Position numbers and translations under genes: made by a program
In this document: positions 25,810 to 37,697 of the stretch, piece by piece
How positions within the stretch are numbered: the first letter of the stretch is position 1
Layout of the letters: each line of letters starts with the position of its first letter
The notes under the pieces: generated by a model
The model's input: the letters and a program-made list of their open reading frames with translations, nothing else
Databases searched by the model: none
What the model was told of the DNA's origin: nothing
Assembly: GCF_006345805.1 (NCBI RefSeq)
Contig: NC_043007.1
Coordinates: 51,150,001-51,214,000 of the forward strand
Source: Octopus sinensis
Lineage: Eukaryota
Reading direction: 5' to 3'
Length of the DNA stretch: 64,000 bases

Positions 25810-26880
25810 AAATTAGCGACAAACCGCTATTTATTCAATCAATAGTGAAAAGATTAACCACATAGAAATTAATTAAATATCTTATAATTATTATTCTAAA
25901 ACCTCATACCAAATCAAACATTAAATTGACTACGCGCGTTTCATGAGTAAATATATAAATCGATAATATTAAAATTTAATTTTTTTTTTATTTAAAATTC
26001 AATATTAATTGAATTTTAAAATATTTAGCCACTCTTCAGGTCAAAAAAATTAACATAAATAAATATAGATATTATAATAAACCAATAAATATATAAATAT
26101 ATGTATATTAACAGTAAATAATTCAATAACATTTAACAATATTAATGTAAAGCAAAACTTGACTTATCTTATTGATGAAAACCAGTAAAAAGAAAATTTA
26201 AACTTAAAACTTACAATCTAGTGTTGTAAAAACCTATCTCTTAAAATGTGACGTAAATAATAAATATACAATAAATAAATAGATATATGTATTTAATGAT
26301 AAAAATAAAAATAATCAAAACAACCTCACGTAATATACCATTTACTGGGAAAAATTCTAAATTCTCACTAATTTAAAACTACGACATTATATGCAAAAAT
26401 ATAAAATTAATTAAATGTCCATAAATTAATATATATTCTTCTATTACTTTATTATTCCCTTGGTTTAAACTTATTTAAGTTATGTTCATACAATACATAA
26501 ACTACAATTGATTTATACTCATTATAATACTACATAATTAATAAATAAATAACATAAATCATGTTAAATGTATTCCCAAATTATCTAAATTTATTATATC
26601 AGTAATTCGACCTATGTCTACATTTAATTTTCCTTTCATCTTGGAAAAATTCATTTGTACATATTAAACAAAAATGATTACCTATTCTATAAGATTTAGC
26701 TTTACAAACTATCTCCCATTTTATATTATACTTAATTTCTTTAGATTTTAATTCCCATTTATATTTGCTAATGCCAATACAATTAATCAATGCTTTATTC
26801 TTAAATGAGTGCTTGTGTTGGGCTACTCTTAATTTAGTTTTATTATACGTCGATTGATTGAATAACTAAAGCGTTTTGTC
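25810..26880 (-). mobile_element. 3' portion of a Penelope-like element: GIY-YIG C-terminus, AT-rich 3' region, HHR, terminus at (TA)n
   Basis: Minus ORF 26599-26790 H.SFKNK...ISKY.WELK...Y.IKWEIV.KAKSY.....C..C..E.....CRHR is the PLE endonuclease end; HHR at 25926-26044 lies downstream on the same strand. Confidence 0.85.
25926..26044 (-). ncRNA. Type I hammerhead ribozyme-like motif with extended AT-rich stem II (GUA triplet)
   Basis: TTGAC-CTGAAGA-GTGG...(13-bp hairpin TTTAAAATTCAAT/ATTGAATTTTAAA)...TCAT-GAAAC-GCGC-GTA-GTCAA; perfect 5-bp stem I; palindromic ACGCGCGT stem III. Confidence 0.8.
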
Positions 26881-26885
26881 TCTAA

Positions 26886-26928
<43 letters not shown>

Positions 26929-27371
26929 TAGAAAGAAACCACTATTATGTAATTCAAATAATGATAGACATAAACCAAATCATAAAGAAAAAATGTAGTT
27001 ATATGTTTTATAAAGTATTTTATTTTTTCTTTATGATTTGGTTTATGTCTATCATTATTTGAATTACATAATAGTGGTTTCTTTCTAATTTATATATATA
27101 TATATATATAGATTAGAGACAAAACACTTTAGTTATTCAATCAATCGACGTATAATAAAACTAAATTAAGAGTAGCCCAACACATGCACTCATTTAAGAA
27201 TAAAGCATTGATTAATTGTATTGGCATTAGCAAATATATATGGGAATTAAAATCTAAAGAAATTAAGTATAATTTAAAATGGGAGATAGTTTGTAAAGCT
27301 AAATCTTATAGAATAGGTAATCATTTTTGTTTAATATGTACAAATGAATTTTCCAAGATGAAAGGAAAATT
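26626..27371. repeat. Near-perfect palindrome: arms 26626-26994 and 27022-27371, 27-bp spacer
   Basis: About 5 differences by eye plus different (TA)n lengths; both arms carry the GIY-YIG remnant (ORFs 26599-26790 minus and 27184-27423 plus). Confidence 0.95.
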
Positions 27372-27581
27372 ACATAAAAGTGGTTTTTCTCTAATTTATA
27401 TATATTATATATTTATGTTGTGAAATTTGATTTAATACTAAATTGAATTTTTCCGTGTAAATTTGGAGTTATACTCCCTAATATCATTATTATTATTTTA
27501 TGTATATATATACACACACTCATATATATATATATATATAGATTATATGTCAAGCTATATTATATATATATATATATATAT

Positions 27582-27615
<34 letters not shown>

Positions 27616-27616
<1 letters not shown>

Positions 27617-28041
27617 CTCTTTACTCTTTTACTCTTTTACTTGCTTTAGTAAGATAAGCATACATAACTGTGACCATGCTGGAGCACCGCCTTTAGTCGA
27701 GCAGATCAAGCCCAGGACTTATTCTTTGTAAGCCTAGTACTTATTCTATCGTCCCCCTTTGCCGAACCACTAAGTTACGGGGACGTAAACACACCAGCAT
27801 CGGTTGTCAAGCAATGTTGGAGAGACAAACACAGACACACAAACTTATACAAACACATACATATATACATATATACGACGGGCTTCTTTCAGTTTCCCCT
27901 CTTCCAAATTCACTCACAAGGCTTTGGTCGGCCCGAGGCTATAGTAGAAGACACTTGCCCAAGGTGCTACGTAGTGGAACTGAACCTGGAACCATATGGT
28001 TCGCATGCAAGCTACTTCCCTCACAGTCACTCCTATGCCTA
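27616..28041 (-). mobile_element. SINE S2, full length
   Basis: Head (reverse complement) GTAGGCATAGGAGTGACTGTG..GGTTCAGTTCCACT; tail (AAGAGTA)n-like repeats. Confidence 0.85.
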
Positions 28042-28361
28042 CATTGTGAATTTTGATTTAGTGTGCTAAATTGAAATTTTTTCCTTGTTAGCTTGGAATT
28101 ATTACATTCTTTATCTATTAATAATATTAATATATATATATATATATAAACAGGAAATTTGAAATGTTTTAGTATTACTCATTCTCCATTATATTTGTTT
28201 CATTTGCTAATAGGAATTACAAGGTTTTCCGCGTTAAAGAGATATGTAAGGAATTTCCAATTACAAATTGTTCAGACAGAGAAATTTATCCGACCTACCT
28301 AAACACACACTCACGCGCGCGCAAATATATCACACACACACACACACACACATATATATAC

Positions 28362-28590
28362 TAGTTCTGATCAATAAGTATCCGGACTGTTCCTGTAGTA
28401 ACGAAGCTAAAGCACGCAGAGTGAAGTCGCCGCTTGCACATGTTGACCTAGCGGAAGTGAGCTAGAACGTTACATCTTATTTAGTGTGCATGCACAGCTG
28501 TACTGTAGGTCAAACTGTGCTAAGCGCCTTACTCTGCGTGCTTTAACTTCGTTACGATGGCAACAGTCCGGATACTTATTGATCAGACTA
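28362..28590. mobile_element. Mariner-type MITE (229 bp, about 60-bp TIRs)
   Basis: CTGATCAATAAGTATCCGGACTGTT..GTAACGAAG.TAAAGCACGCAGAGT at the left end and its reverse complement at the right end. Confidence 0.85.
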
Positions 28591-29705
28591 CGCGCGCGTG
28601 CGTATTTATGTACATACAGAGGGATGTTACAAAAGAGAGATTTAGAGATAAGTGCAAGCATACATATGTGTGCATGTGTGTATATGCACACGCATAGATG
28701 AATCTTTTTGCCTCACGGGAAAGGAATTACTGAAACAGAAAGCATATTGCGTATCTGTCTATTTATACTTGTCTCTACCGATAAACCTGATCAATAAATA
28801 TAGGTATGTTTTTCTTACGTTTCCGTAACTTCGGCAAAAGGAACCGATGGAGTAAGTACTTAGATATATAAATAAGTAATGGGATTGATGCATCAGACTA
28901 ACATACTGCAAAGTAAAGCTCCAGCATGACTGCAGTTCAGCGACTGACATAAGTGAAACATAAAAGATACACACACACACACACACATACACACACACAC
29001 ACACACTCGTAGATACACACACACACACACACACTCACATACGCGCATGTGTGTGTGCTTTATATATATGTAGATGTTAAAACAACTGGCCAAGTGGCTA
29101 TGATACTGGGCTCATATCATAACCCCAAGATTGTGATTCCGGTCCCTAAACTCGTTGTCACCTTGAGCAAAACATTTCATTTATCGTTACTACAGTATAC
29201 ACTACTAGAAATGTGTACAAGCCAACAACCGATGGAAGTTTGTCTCCTTCCAATCGTTACGTGTTCGATGTTCCTCTAGCTGTTCCTTCCAACTTATATT
29301 CGCGTCCGGAAGGTGGAGAAAGACACAATGAGAGAGAGAGAGAGAGAAAGACATAGAGCGAGAGAGAATAAGAGAATAGCACTATGGTTAGCAAGTTCGC
29401 TTCATCCGAATGAGGGTTCGAATTCAATCCTACAGCGAAGCGCATTGTTTTAATTGTTTTGCTGTCAGATTGAACAAATTCAATCAGGTCCAGTGGTTTT
29501 TAGTTTTATTGGGAGCACGAAATTAAACGTTGACTTTTACAAGATTTGAACCTATGAATCCACATTACGTAACAAAATATAACAAACTACAGCATGGCAT
29601 TTTGTGCGGCGCTCCACCGACCTACTAAGTAGCGGACTGGTAATTGAAAGTGTAGAACGATTCGCACGCAATATTCCCCATATATATATCTTTTTCTTTT
29701 TTTTT

Positions 29706-30054
29706 CTTTTTACTTGTTTCAGTCATTTTGACTGCGACCATGCTGGAGGACCGCCTTTAATCGAGCAACTCGACCCCGGGACTTATTCTTTGTAAGCCCA
29801 GTACTTATTCTATCGGTCTCTTTTGCCGAACCGCTAAGTGACGGGGTCAAACACAGACACACAAACGTACACGCACATACATATATATATACATATATAC
29901 GACGGGCTTCTTTCAGTTTCCGTCTACCAAATCCACTCACAAGGCTTTGGTCGGCCCGAGGCTACAGTAGAAGACACTTGCCCAAGGTGCTACGCAGTGG
30001 GACTGAACCCGGAACCATGGTAAACAAGCTACTTACCACACAGCCACTCCTGCG

Positions 30055-30059
<5 letters not shown>
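29706..30059 (-). mobile_element. SINE S2, young copy
   Basis: Head TAGGCGCAGGAGTGGCTGTGTGGTAAGTAGC..GGGTTCAGTCCC (A/B-box-like) with internal microsatellite. Confidence 0.9.
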
Positions 30060-30098
<39 letters not shown>

Positions 30099-30747
30099 GA
30101 GAGAGAGAGAGAGAGAGAAAGAAAGACAGAGAGAGAGAGACAGAGAGAGACAAACACACAAACACACACAGAGTAAGTGAATACAGCTAGCATTGATCCC
30201 TAATATACGCTTGATAATTGTGTTAATGTCGGAGATGAATGTCAAACATGGAACCCCTACAGAGTGATGAAACTAAAAACTATAAGGTTTACATTCCAGC
30301 CCCTTTACCAATGATAATACCGCACAAATTATTATGCAGACAAATTATAAAAAATTAACGACAAAACCAACTGAAAGAATAATGGCAAGACATCTGAAGT
30401 CTGGAGAGAGAAATGAAATCGGAAGAGGAGAATGATGTGCGGAAGAGGAAATATCAAACAGATCTCTGATAAATAATATTGAAATAATTTTTGTTTCCTA
30501 TATTCCAACCAGGAATAATGTTGTCAAAGAAAAGTCAGTTTCCTATAAGTGACAATATTTAAACCTCATTATGAAAACACCATATTTGGAAAGGTTCACG
30601 AATTATGTGTATAATAGTATCACACATATACATACATTTGCTTCTATGTATATTTATGTATATAGTTATATATATAGTTATATACAAACATACATCTATA
30701 TGCACAAACACATACATACACACACACACACACCCAAACCCTATATG

Positions 30748-30782
<35 letters not shown>

Positions 30783-31535
30783 GTATATGCACACACATAT
30801 ACACATACGTACAAAAGAAATGCTAACATTGGATGACAACTATGATAAAGGAAAATTTAGAAGAAAAGGAGAGGAAACAGATATATATGTGTGTGTGTGC
30901 GTATAAGTGTGCGTGTGTGTACATCTGTAAGCATCAACACACATACACACAAACACACAAACAACATTGGTTGCTGGAAGTTGTCTCATGGGAAATCTTT
31001 ACCAGGAATTGCGGAATAAAAGACTTCCTTCCCTCTCTACTTCTCACCAACAGTATATGGCCAAAACACCTTCATTATATTTAATATGCCTCACTATCTC
31101 TTGACAACAGAGCTAGAGGAACATATATATGCATATATATATATACATACTTACATGCATACTCACACACACACACACATGTATGTATATGTACACACAC
31201 ACACACACACATATACATCCCCTACAATTTCCACCACTATTACTACCCGCACCACGATCACTATTAACATTATAACCACTATCACGATGAGCACTAGCTT
31301 TTTTTCACGCTGTAAACCACCTCTCAACAACCTCAACTACAGTGTTACCCACTTAAATATAAATACTACACACATATATGCATATATGTAGAATTATCTA
31401 TGACTATACGTGTTTATATATATATATATAGAGAGAGAGAGAGAAGGACAGAGAGAGAGAGAGAAGGACAGAGAGAGAGAAGGAGAGAGAGAGAGAGATA
31501 AACTTACTTGGAAATGGATGCGTGGCGTTCAATCA

Positions 31536-31595
<60 letters not shown>

Positions 31596-31664
31596 GTACA
31601 GGACGTCACCAACCGTAAACGACATGTAATATGAAACAAGTGAGTTCAATACGTAATCAACGAG

Positions 31665-31913
31665 AGAAACAAATAGAATCACCGTTTGAACAGAAAAGTC
31701 CCACAAAATCTTACATTTTTCCGACTCCAGTGCTCTTTCGACTCGATGATTGTACTATGTGTTTCCAACTTTATATTCCCATTTCGGGCAAGGTTTCCAG
31801 TGTAAAACTTTTACATCGTTATCGTGCCTCCATTTTTTATATTCTACCTGTGCCAACTTGAAGCATTCTATCACAATGTGTGCCACTGCCTTGTTCCAAA
31901 TTCCACAAGCTCT
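31665..31913 (-). pseudogene. RLE-type LINE fragment G (zinc knuckle region)
   Basis: HIVIECFKLAQVEYKKWRHDN..VLHWK and LESENVR..WDFSVQT. Confidence 0.8.
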
Positions 31914-31941
31914 ATTATTATTATCATCATCATTATTATTA

Positions 31942-32538
31942 TTCAGTAGTCTTATTTTTATCACGTGCTTTCCCTGCACTACCGAGGGCAGTTCTGTGTG
32001 CCTTGGGTATGTGCTGTGGTTTGTTGTGATGCTCTCATTTTTACTGTATAGAAATTCTTTTACGTAGGATGTGTGCGGTACCTAGTGGAGCTTTTTTTGT
32101 ATGTTACATATACTTGTTAGCCCTGGTGTTTTTGTTATGGATTTGCCTGAATGTTTTTTTAATCATGCCTAATTCGTCTACTATGATAGGAATTGTTTCT
32201 GTTTTAGACTCCACATTCAAGTTATCTGTTTCCAGATCTTTGTATTTTGAAAGTTTCTCCGCTTCTTTTAGAGAAACATTGTCATCTGTTAGTATTGATA
32301 CATCGATTAGGATGCATTTTTCTTCTTGGTGACTTCTGACAACTAAATCTGGCCTATTGACCTTAATTTCTCAATCTGTGTGTATTGGCATATCCCATAG
32401 TATGGTTGCTTTCTTATTTTCTGTGACCTTTTCTGGCGTGTGTCTATACCATCTTTTTTCTGTTGTCATTCTATAGTGTTGGCATAGCTTCCAGTGTATG
32501 TAGGTCCCAACTCTGTCGTGTCTGAGAATATATTCCTT
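31942..32538 (-). mobile_element. 5'-truncated Dong/R4-like LINE copy C (same family as A and B)
   Basis: RLE region and 3' UTR ending ...CTACTGAA(TAA)n; high similarity to 36500-37095. Confidence 0.9.
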
Positions 32539-32567
32539 TTTCTTCTTTTTTCTTCTTCTTTTTTCTT

Positions 32568-32598
<31 letters not shown>

Positions 32599-32619
32599 TT
32601 ATTATTATTATTATTATTA

Positions 32620-32683
<64 letters not shown>

Positions 32684-33900
32684 TCTACTTCTGAGAACAT
32701 TCGGTCTTGTTTGTCCTGGTAGATTCTGTGAGAGCGGATAGTATCCTGTTGTCAGAGGTCTCACATGGTCTCTTTCCTAGCTGTCCCCAACGCAGCAGTT
32801 TTGGGGGCTTGTTCTACTCTCATGTCAATTCGGATTTCTTTGACATATTTCTCGAATGTGGTTGTTAGTGCTCCAAGTGCCCCTACATCTACTGGAATGA
32901 CATACACTTTCCTCATAGTACACGTTCTTGCAATTTCGTCTTTTAGCAATCTGTACTTTTCAACCTTTCTTAGTTCTTTGTCACTTATGCGCGCATCTCC
33001 AGGTATTACAATATCTATGATCCTGGGTTTTTTTCCTTTATCTATCACAACAATATCAGGTCTCCGAGCCTCGATTGGAGAGTCACATTGGATTGTAAAA
33101 TCCCACACCAACTTACATTCCTTGTTCTTGGTTCATGTTCGTACCATTTCTGTGCACTTTTCACATAGCTTCCAGTGGACTAACTTAGCCACGTTATCCT
33201 GTCTTCTTTTATAGTGTTTTTGGACCAGCTTGCTACACTCACTCACAATATGTGAAATTGTTTCGTTTCTGCTGTTGCACATCATACAAAGAAGCGATTC
33301 ACTACTCTTATCTGTTTGGAAGTTAGTGTAATTTGTTCTCAGAGCTTGTTCCTGGGCGCTGCATATCAATATCTCTGTGCATCCCTTCAGATAACTTTTT
33401 TTAGCCATCTCCAAGTGTTGATCTTCTCTTTTCCTTCGATTACTCTGCGATATTGCCCATGCAGTGGTTTCATTTTCCAGTTGTTTACTTTCTTTTCTTC
33501 ATCTTGTTTCTTAAATATTTGTGGATGCATCACATTTTCGGTAGGTATTATATTGTTAATTATAACAGCGGCAAGCAAGGATTCACTCTCTTGTTTGATG
33601 CATCATCCCAGACTATTCTTCTCATTGACAACACAGATCTTGCATCTTATGAGTCCGCTTCCACCACTATTTCTATGTACATACAGTCTGTCAGTATCAA
33701 TTTCTCCTTCCTTCTCTGCTTAAATCTTAAATCTCTAAACTGTACACTTAATTCACACGCTGTCATGGAGATCAACTCTTTAAGACACCCATACTGTTTC
33801 ATTTCTTCATCGAGCCCCTCCACTACCAGGCCAAATGAATACCCTGTGTACCTAGCCAATCAAACAGACTTATACTATCTTAGCTGAAACTCTCCTTCAA
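32684..33900 (-). mobile_element. 5'-truncated RLE-type LINE copy D (second family)
   Basis: SAQEQALRTN, CMMCNSRNETISHIVSEC zinc knuckle, RRPDIVVIDK..IIDIVIPGD..DKE..KVEKY (PD..D..K endonuclease); (TAA)n tail at 32597-32683. Confidence 0.9.
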
Positions 33901-33968
33901 CCAACCCACCTGCTTGTTACCAGCAGTCTAACCAAAATTGTAAGGCAAATACTGAACAACCATCTAGC

Positions 33969-34047
<79 letters not shown>

Positions 34048-37000
34048 GAGAACACCGGGGACGTTTAAGATGTAAGAAGAAAAATTCAGAGCTCCGAAAT
34101 CTATCCACAAACATCGAAAACAAGGACACCCTATGGAGCCAAAGTTTTACTAACAAAGAATTAGACTGTATCCGAGTAAGTAATACTAATTGAAATTTAT
34201 TACTATTTTCGAAACGAAATGATGTATTTTGACTCGATATCATCTCCACCTCTAACGCAGCACATGTAAACATGCGTGGAACATCACGATCATCCCAGAC
34301 CCCAAACAACATGTACAAAGGAACTACGAAGAAATTAAATGCCACCGATACTATTCAACCCAAGAATAACAATCGAGCGGTACGTACATTAAACTTACAA
34401 CAAAAAATGTACGCAAAACTACACGTGCGAAATAATGTGACAACAGAAATAAACGGACCGGTACCCTACGAAAATGACGACCGTCAAAATAATGGGCCGG
34501 ACGTTGTACCTCATCTCCCGCAAATAAAACCCAAAAGACGTAAATGGACACGTGAGGAATACATTTCTATCTTACACGCATACTTCACAGCAGTACTCTA
34601 CCCAAAAAATGAAAATACAACAACACATACATATAAAATATGGAAGGAAAATAATAGAGATATAGACTTGGATACAGCAATGAACCCTAATAAATTAGCT
34701 AACGTACGAAGATACATTCTCAACACAAATAAAATATCAGAAATAGAAATAGAACACCTAAAAGAAAACATACACCAGGAAAATGTAGATAGAAGCCACA
34801 CAACAATGCCCAATAATGTAAACACTGAAACTGTAAAACACGAAGACAAACGCAACGTTCCCAACAAACACGATGTAAACAATGAAGGGAAGCCTAATGA
34901 TTATGATAATATAAAAAATAAAATAATCAAAGAACTGAAAACCACAGAGCTCAAAATGGACCACCGACCATACCTCCCAAGAATCAAAATAAACGAAATA
35001 ACAACACCTATTATAAACAGCGTAAACCTAGCCGTCACTGAACTGATAGCCACTGAATAAAAAAAAAGTGATATCACTGAGCTAAATAACCTAATATACG
35101 CAGCAGCCACTGCAGCCACAAAAGAAGCTGGATACTCACTCAAACCCGCCCAAACAGGAGTACCACCACCCAAACAAACCCTGTGGATAAATAACATCCA
35201 AAGCAAAATAAAAAAAATTAGAAAAGACCTGTCGATTCTTAATGAAATCAGCAAACAATCAACGCTACTGAGCAACAAAAAGAGAACAAAAATACTCCGC
35301 AAATATAACATCACAGAGAAAGATTTGCCTGAAATAAAAGAAAAGCTGAAGCAAGATATCCTTGCCAAAGCACAAAGGATCCGCCGGTACAAGAAACGCC
35401 AACGCTTCTTTGAAGAAAACAAAAAGTTCAACTCCAACCCCAAAAAGTTCTACCAAGAACTGGGCAAAAATAAAATAGAAGTCACTGCAGCACCAACGGC
35501 AGAAGAATTGGAAGAATTCTGGGGAGAAATATGGTCGGCGAACGAACCCCCCCAAAAAAGGAGTATCAAAATAACAAACTCGGCATCTGAACAACTTCGG
35601 ACCCCCATAACAACTGAAGAGGTCACCCAGGCACTGCAAAGTCTAAGCAACTGGAAGGCACCTGGGCATGACAAGATCCCCAACTTCTGGTTGAAATATC
35701 TAACAGGAATGCACAAAAAGCTGGCTGAAAACTTTAACAACGTACTAGCAGAGCCAGAGACAATGCCTGAATGGCTCACGAAGGGGAAAACCATCTTAAT
35801 TCCCAAATCAAATGAAACAGAAAACTACAGACCAATAACCTGCCTCCCTACTATGTTCAAGGCATTTACTGCAGTCATATCACAGAGGCTGAACAAGCAC
35901 CTGGACGAAAACAAACTGTTCCCAGAAGAGCAGAAAGGATGCCGCAAAGGCTCATATGGCTGTAAAGATCAACTAATGATTAATAAAGCCATAACTGAAG
36001 ACAGCCACAGAAAGAAGAAAGGCCTCAGTATGGCCTGGATTGACTAAAAAAAGGCGTTTGATAGCATCCCCCACACATGGATCCTCGAAACACTAGCCAG
36101 TATTTAAGGAAGCTGACAAATACAAACAAGAAATCATACCACCTAATAAACATGAAGAAGATGAAGAAACAACAAAAGCTATAAAACAAATGAAATCCAA
36201 ACTAAAAATAGAACAGCAACGAACCATGATAAAACGATGGCAAGAAAAGCCCCTTCATGGCAAATACTGGACTAAACTAAACGCAAAAGAAATAGACAAA
36301 GAAAAATCCCAGCAATGGTTGAGAAGCTCAGGACTCAAAGCAGAGACAGAGGGATTTTTAATTGCAGCACAAGACCAAAGCCAGAAATTACCAAAAACGT
36401 GTAATGAAAAGAAATATTACAAGTAACTGCAGAATATGTGGAGATGGACAAGAAACAATAAATCATATTATCTCTAGCTGCCCAGTCCTGGCTAAGAAGG
36501 AATATATTCACAGACATGACAGAGTTGGAACCTACATACATTGGAAGCTATGCCAACATTATGGAATAACAACAGAAAAAAGATGGTATAGGCACACACC
36601 AGAAAAGGTCACAGAAAACGAGAAAGCAACCATACTCTGGGATATGCCGATACACACAGATAGAGAAATTAAGGCCAACAGACCAGATATAGTTGTCAGA
36701 GATCATGAAGAAAAAAATGCTTTCTAATTGATGTATCAATACCGGCTGATGACAATGTGTCTCTAAAAGAAATGGAGAAACTCTCAAAATACAAAGACCT
36801 GGAAATAGAGGTAACTAGAATGTGGAATCTGAAAACAGAAACAATTCCTATCATAGTAGGTGCATTAGGCATGATAAAAAAATATTCAGACAAATACATA
36901 ACAAAAACACCAGGACTTACAAACACATATAACATACAGACAATTGCACTACTAGGCACTGCACACATCCTACGCAGAACACTTTCCATACAATAACCAT

Positions 37001-37095
37001 CAGAGCATCACAACAAATCACAGCACATACCCAAGGCACACAGAGCTGTGCTCGGTAGTGAAGTGAAAGCACGCTATAAAAATAAAACTACTGAA
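34048..37095 (+). mobile_element. Dong/R4-like RLE non-LTR retrotransposon copy A: 5'-complete-looking, internally deleted, in a (TAA)n array
   Basis: N-terminal RRKWTREE.. domain (34272-35060), RT motifs NWKAPGHD, YRPITCL, EEQKGCR, AWID*KKAFDS; CRICGDGQETINHIISSC; NRPDIVV..IDVSIP..KE.EK..KY; flanked by (TAA)n 33970-34047 and 37096-37116. Premature stops; central RT missing. Confidence 0.92.
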
Positions 37096-37116
37096 TAATA
37101 ATAATAATAATAATAA

Positions 37117-37610
37117 ACTTTATTAAAATACCCCTCTCCTCAGTTGTCGGGCCATTGGCGACTAAACCGGCCACCCCACAGAGTTTGCTTTGTGAGGAGG
37201 GTGCTTTTTGTTATTTGGTCACCCTGCAGGATGAAATACAAGACCTGTCTAAGGGAGGATAAAATCTGGGGAGTTAATGGCCATCCAAATAACAACTAAT
37301 TCACCAGTTGCGGATCACTGACTACAGGATTTAGTGTCTAGCGCAAGATAGCTCATTTAAACTTCTAAGGGAAGAAGGATCTCTCTGAGTCTCTTTAGAC
37401 AAACACATCCAGAGATGGTGTCTCGATAAAATACTGGTGGTTGTGACACCTTATCAACACATTCCTCTGCATGAAAGCAACGAATAATAGAATTAACAAA
37501 TACAACGGCGTAAATGAGGACGGAACTACGGGTGACGGATTTTCGCCCGGCAAGTACCCTGTGGGTGAGCAGCACAGGATCAGTCGTCATTATATTGCTG
37601 CTTGAACTAA
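37117..37610. other. Unclassified GC-richer segment between the two LINE tails
   Basis: Higher GC than flanks; several short stems (CACCC/GGGTG, GGTC/GACC, CCTGTG/CACAGG); bounded by TAA and TTA arrays. Confidence 0.35.

Positions 37611-37692
<82 letters not shown>

Positions 37693-37697
<5 letters not shown>

Noticed and set aside
34048-34271. HDV-like ribozyme in the 5' UTR of LINE copy A
   Set aside because: I could not build the nested double pseudoknot by eye; needs an RNArobo search.
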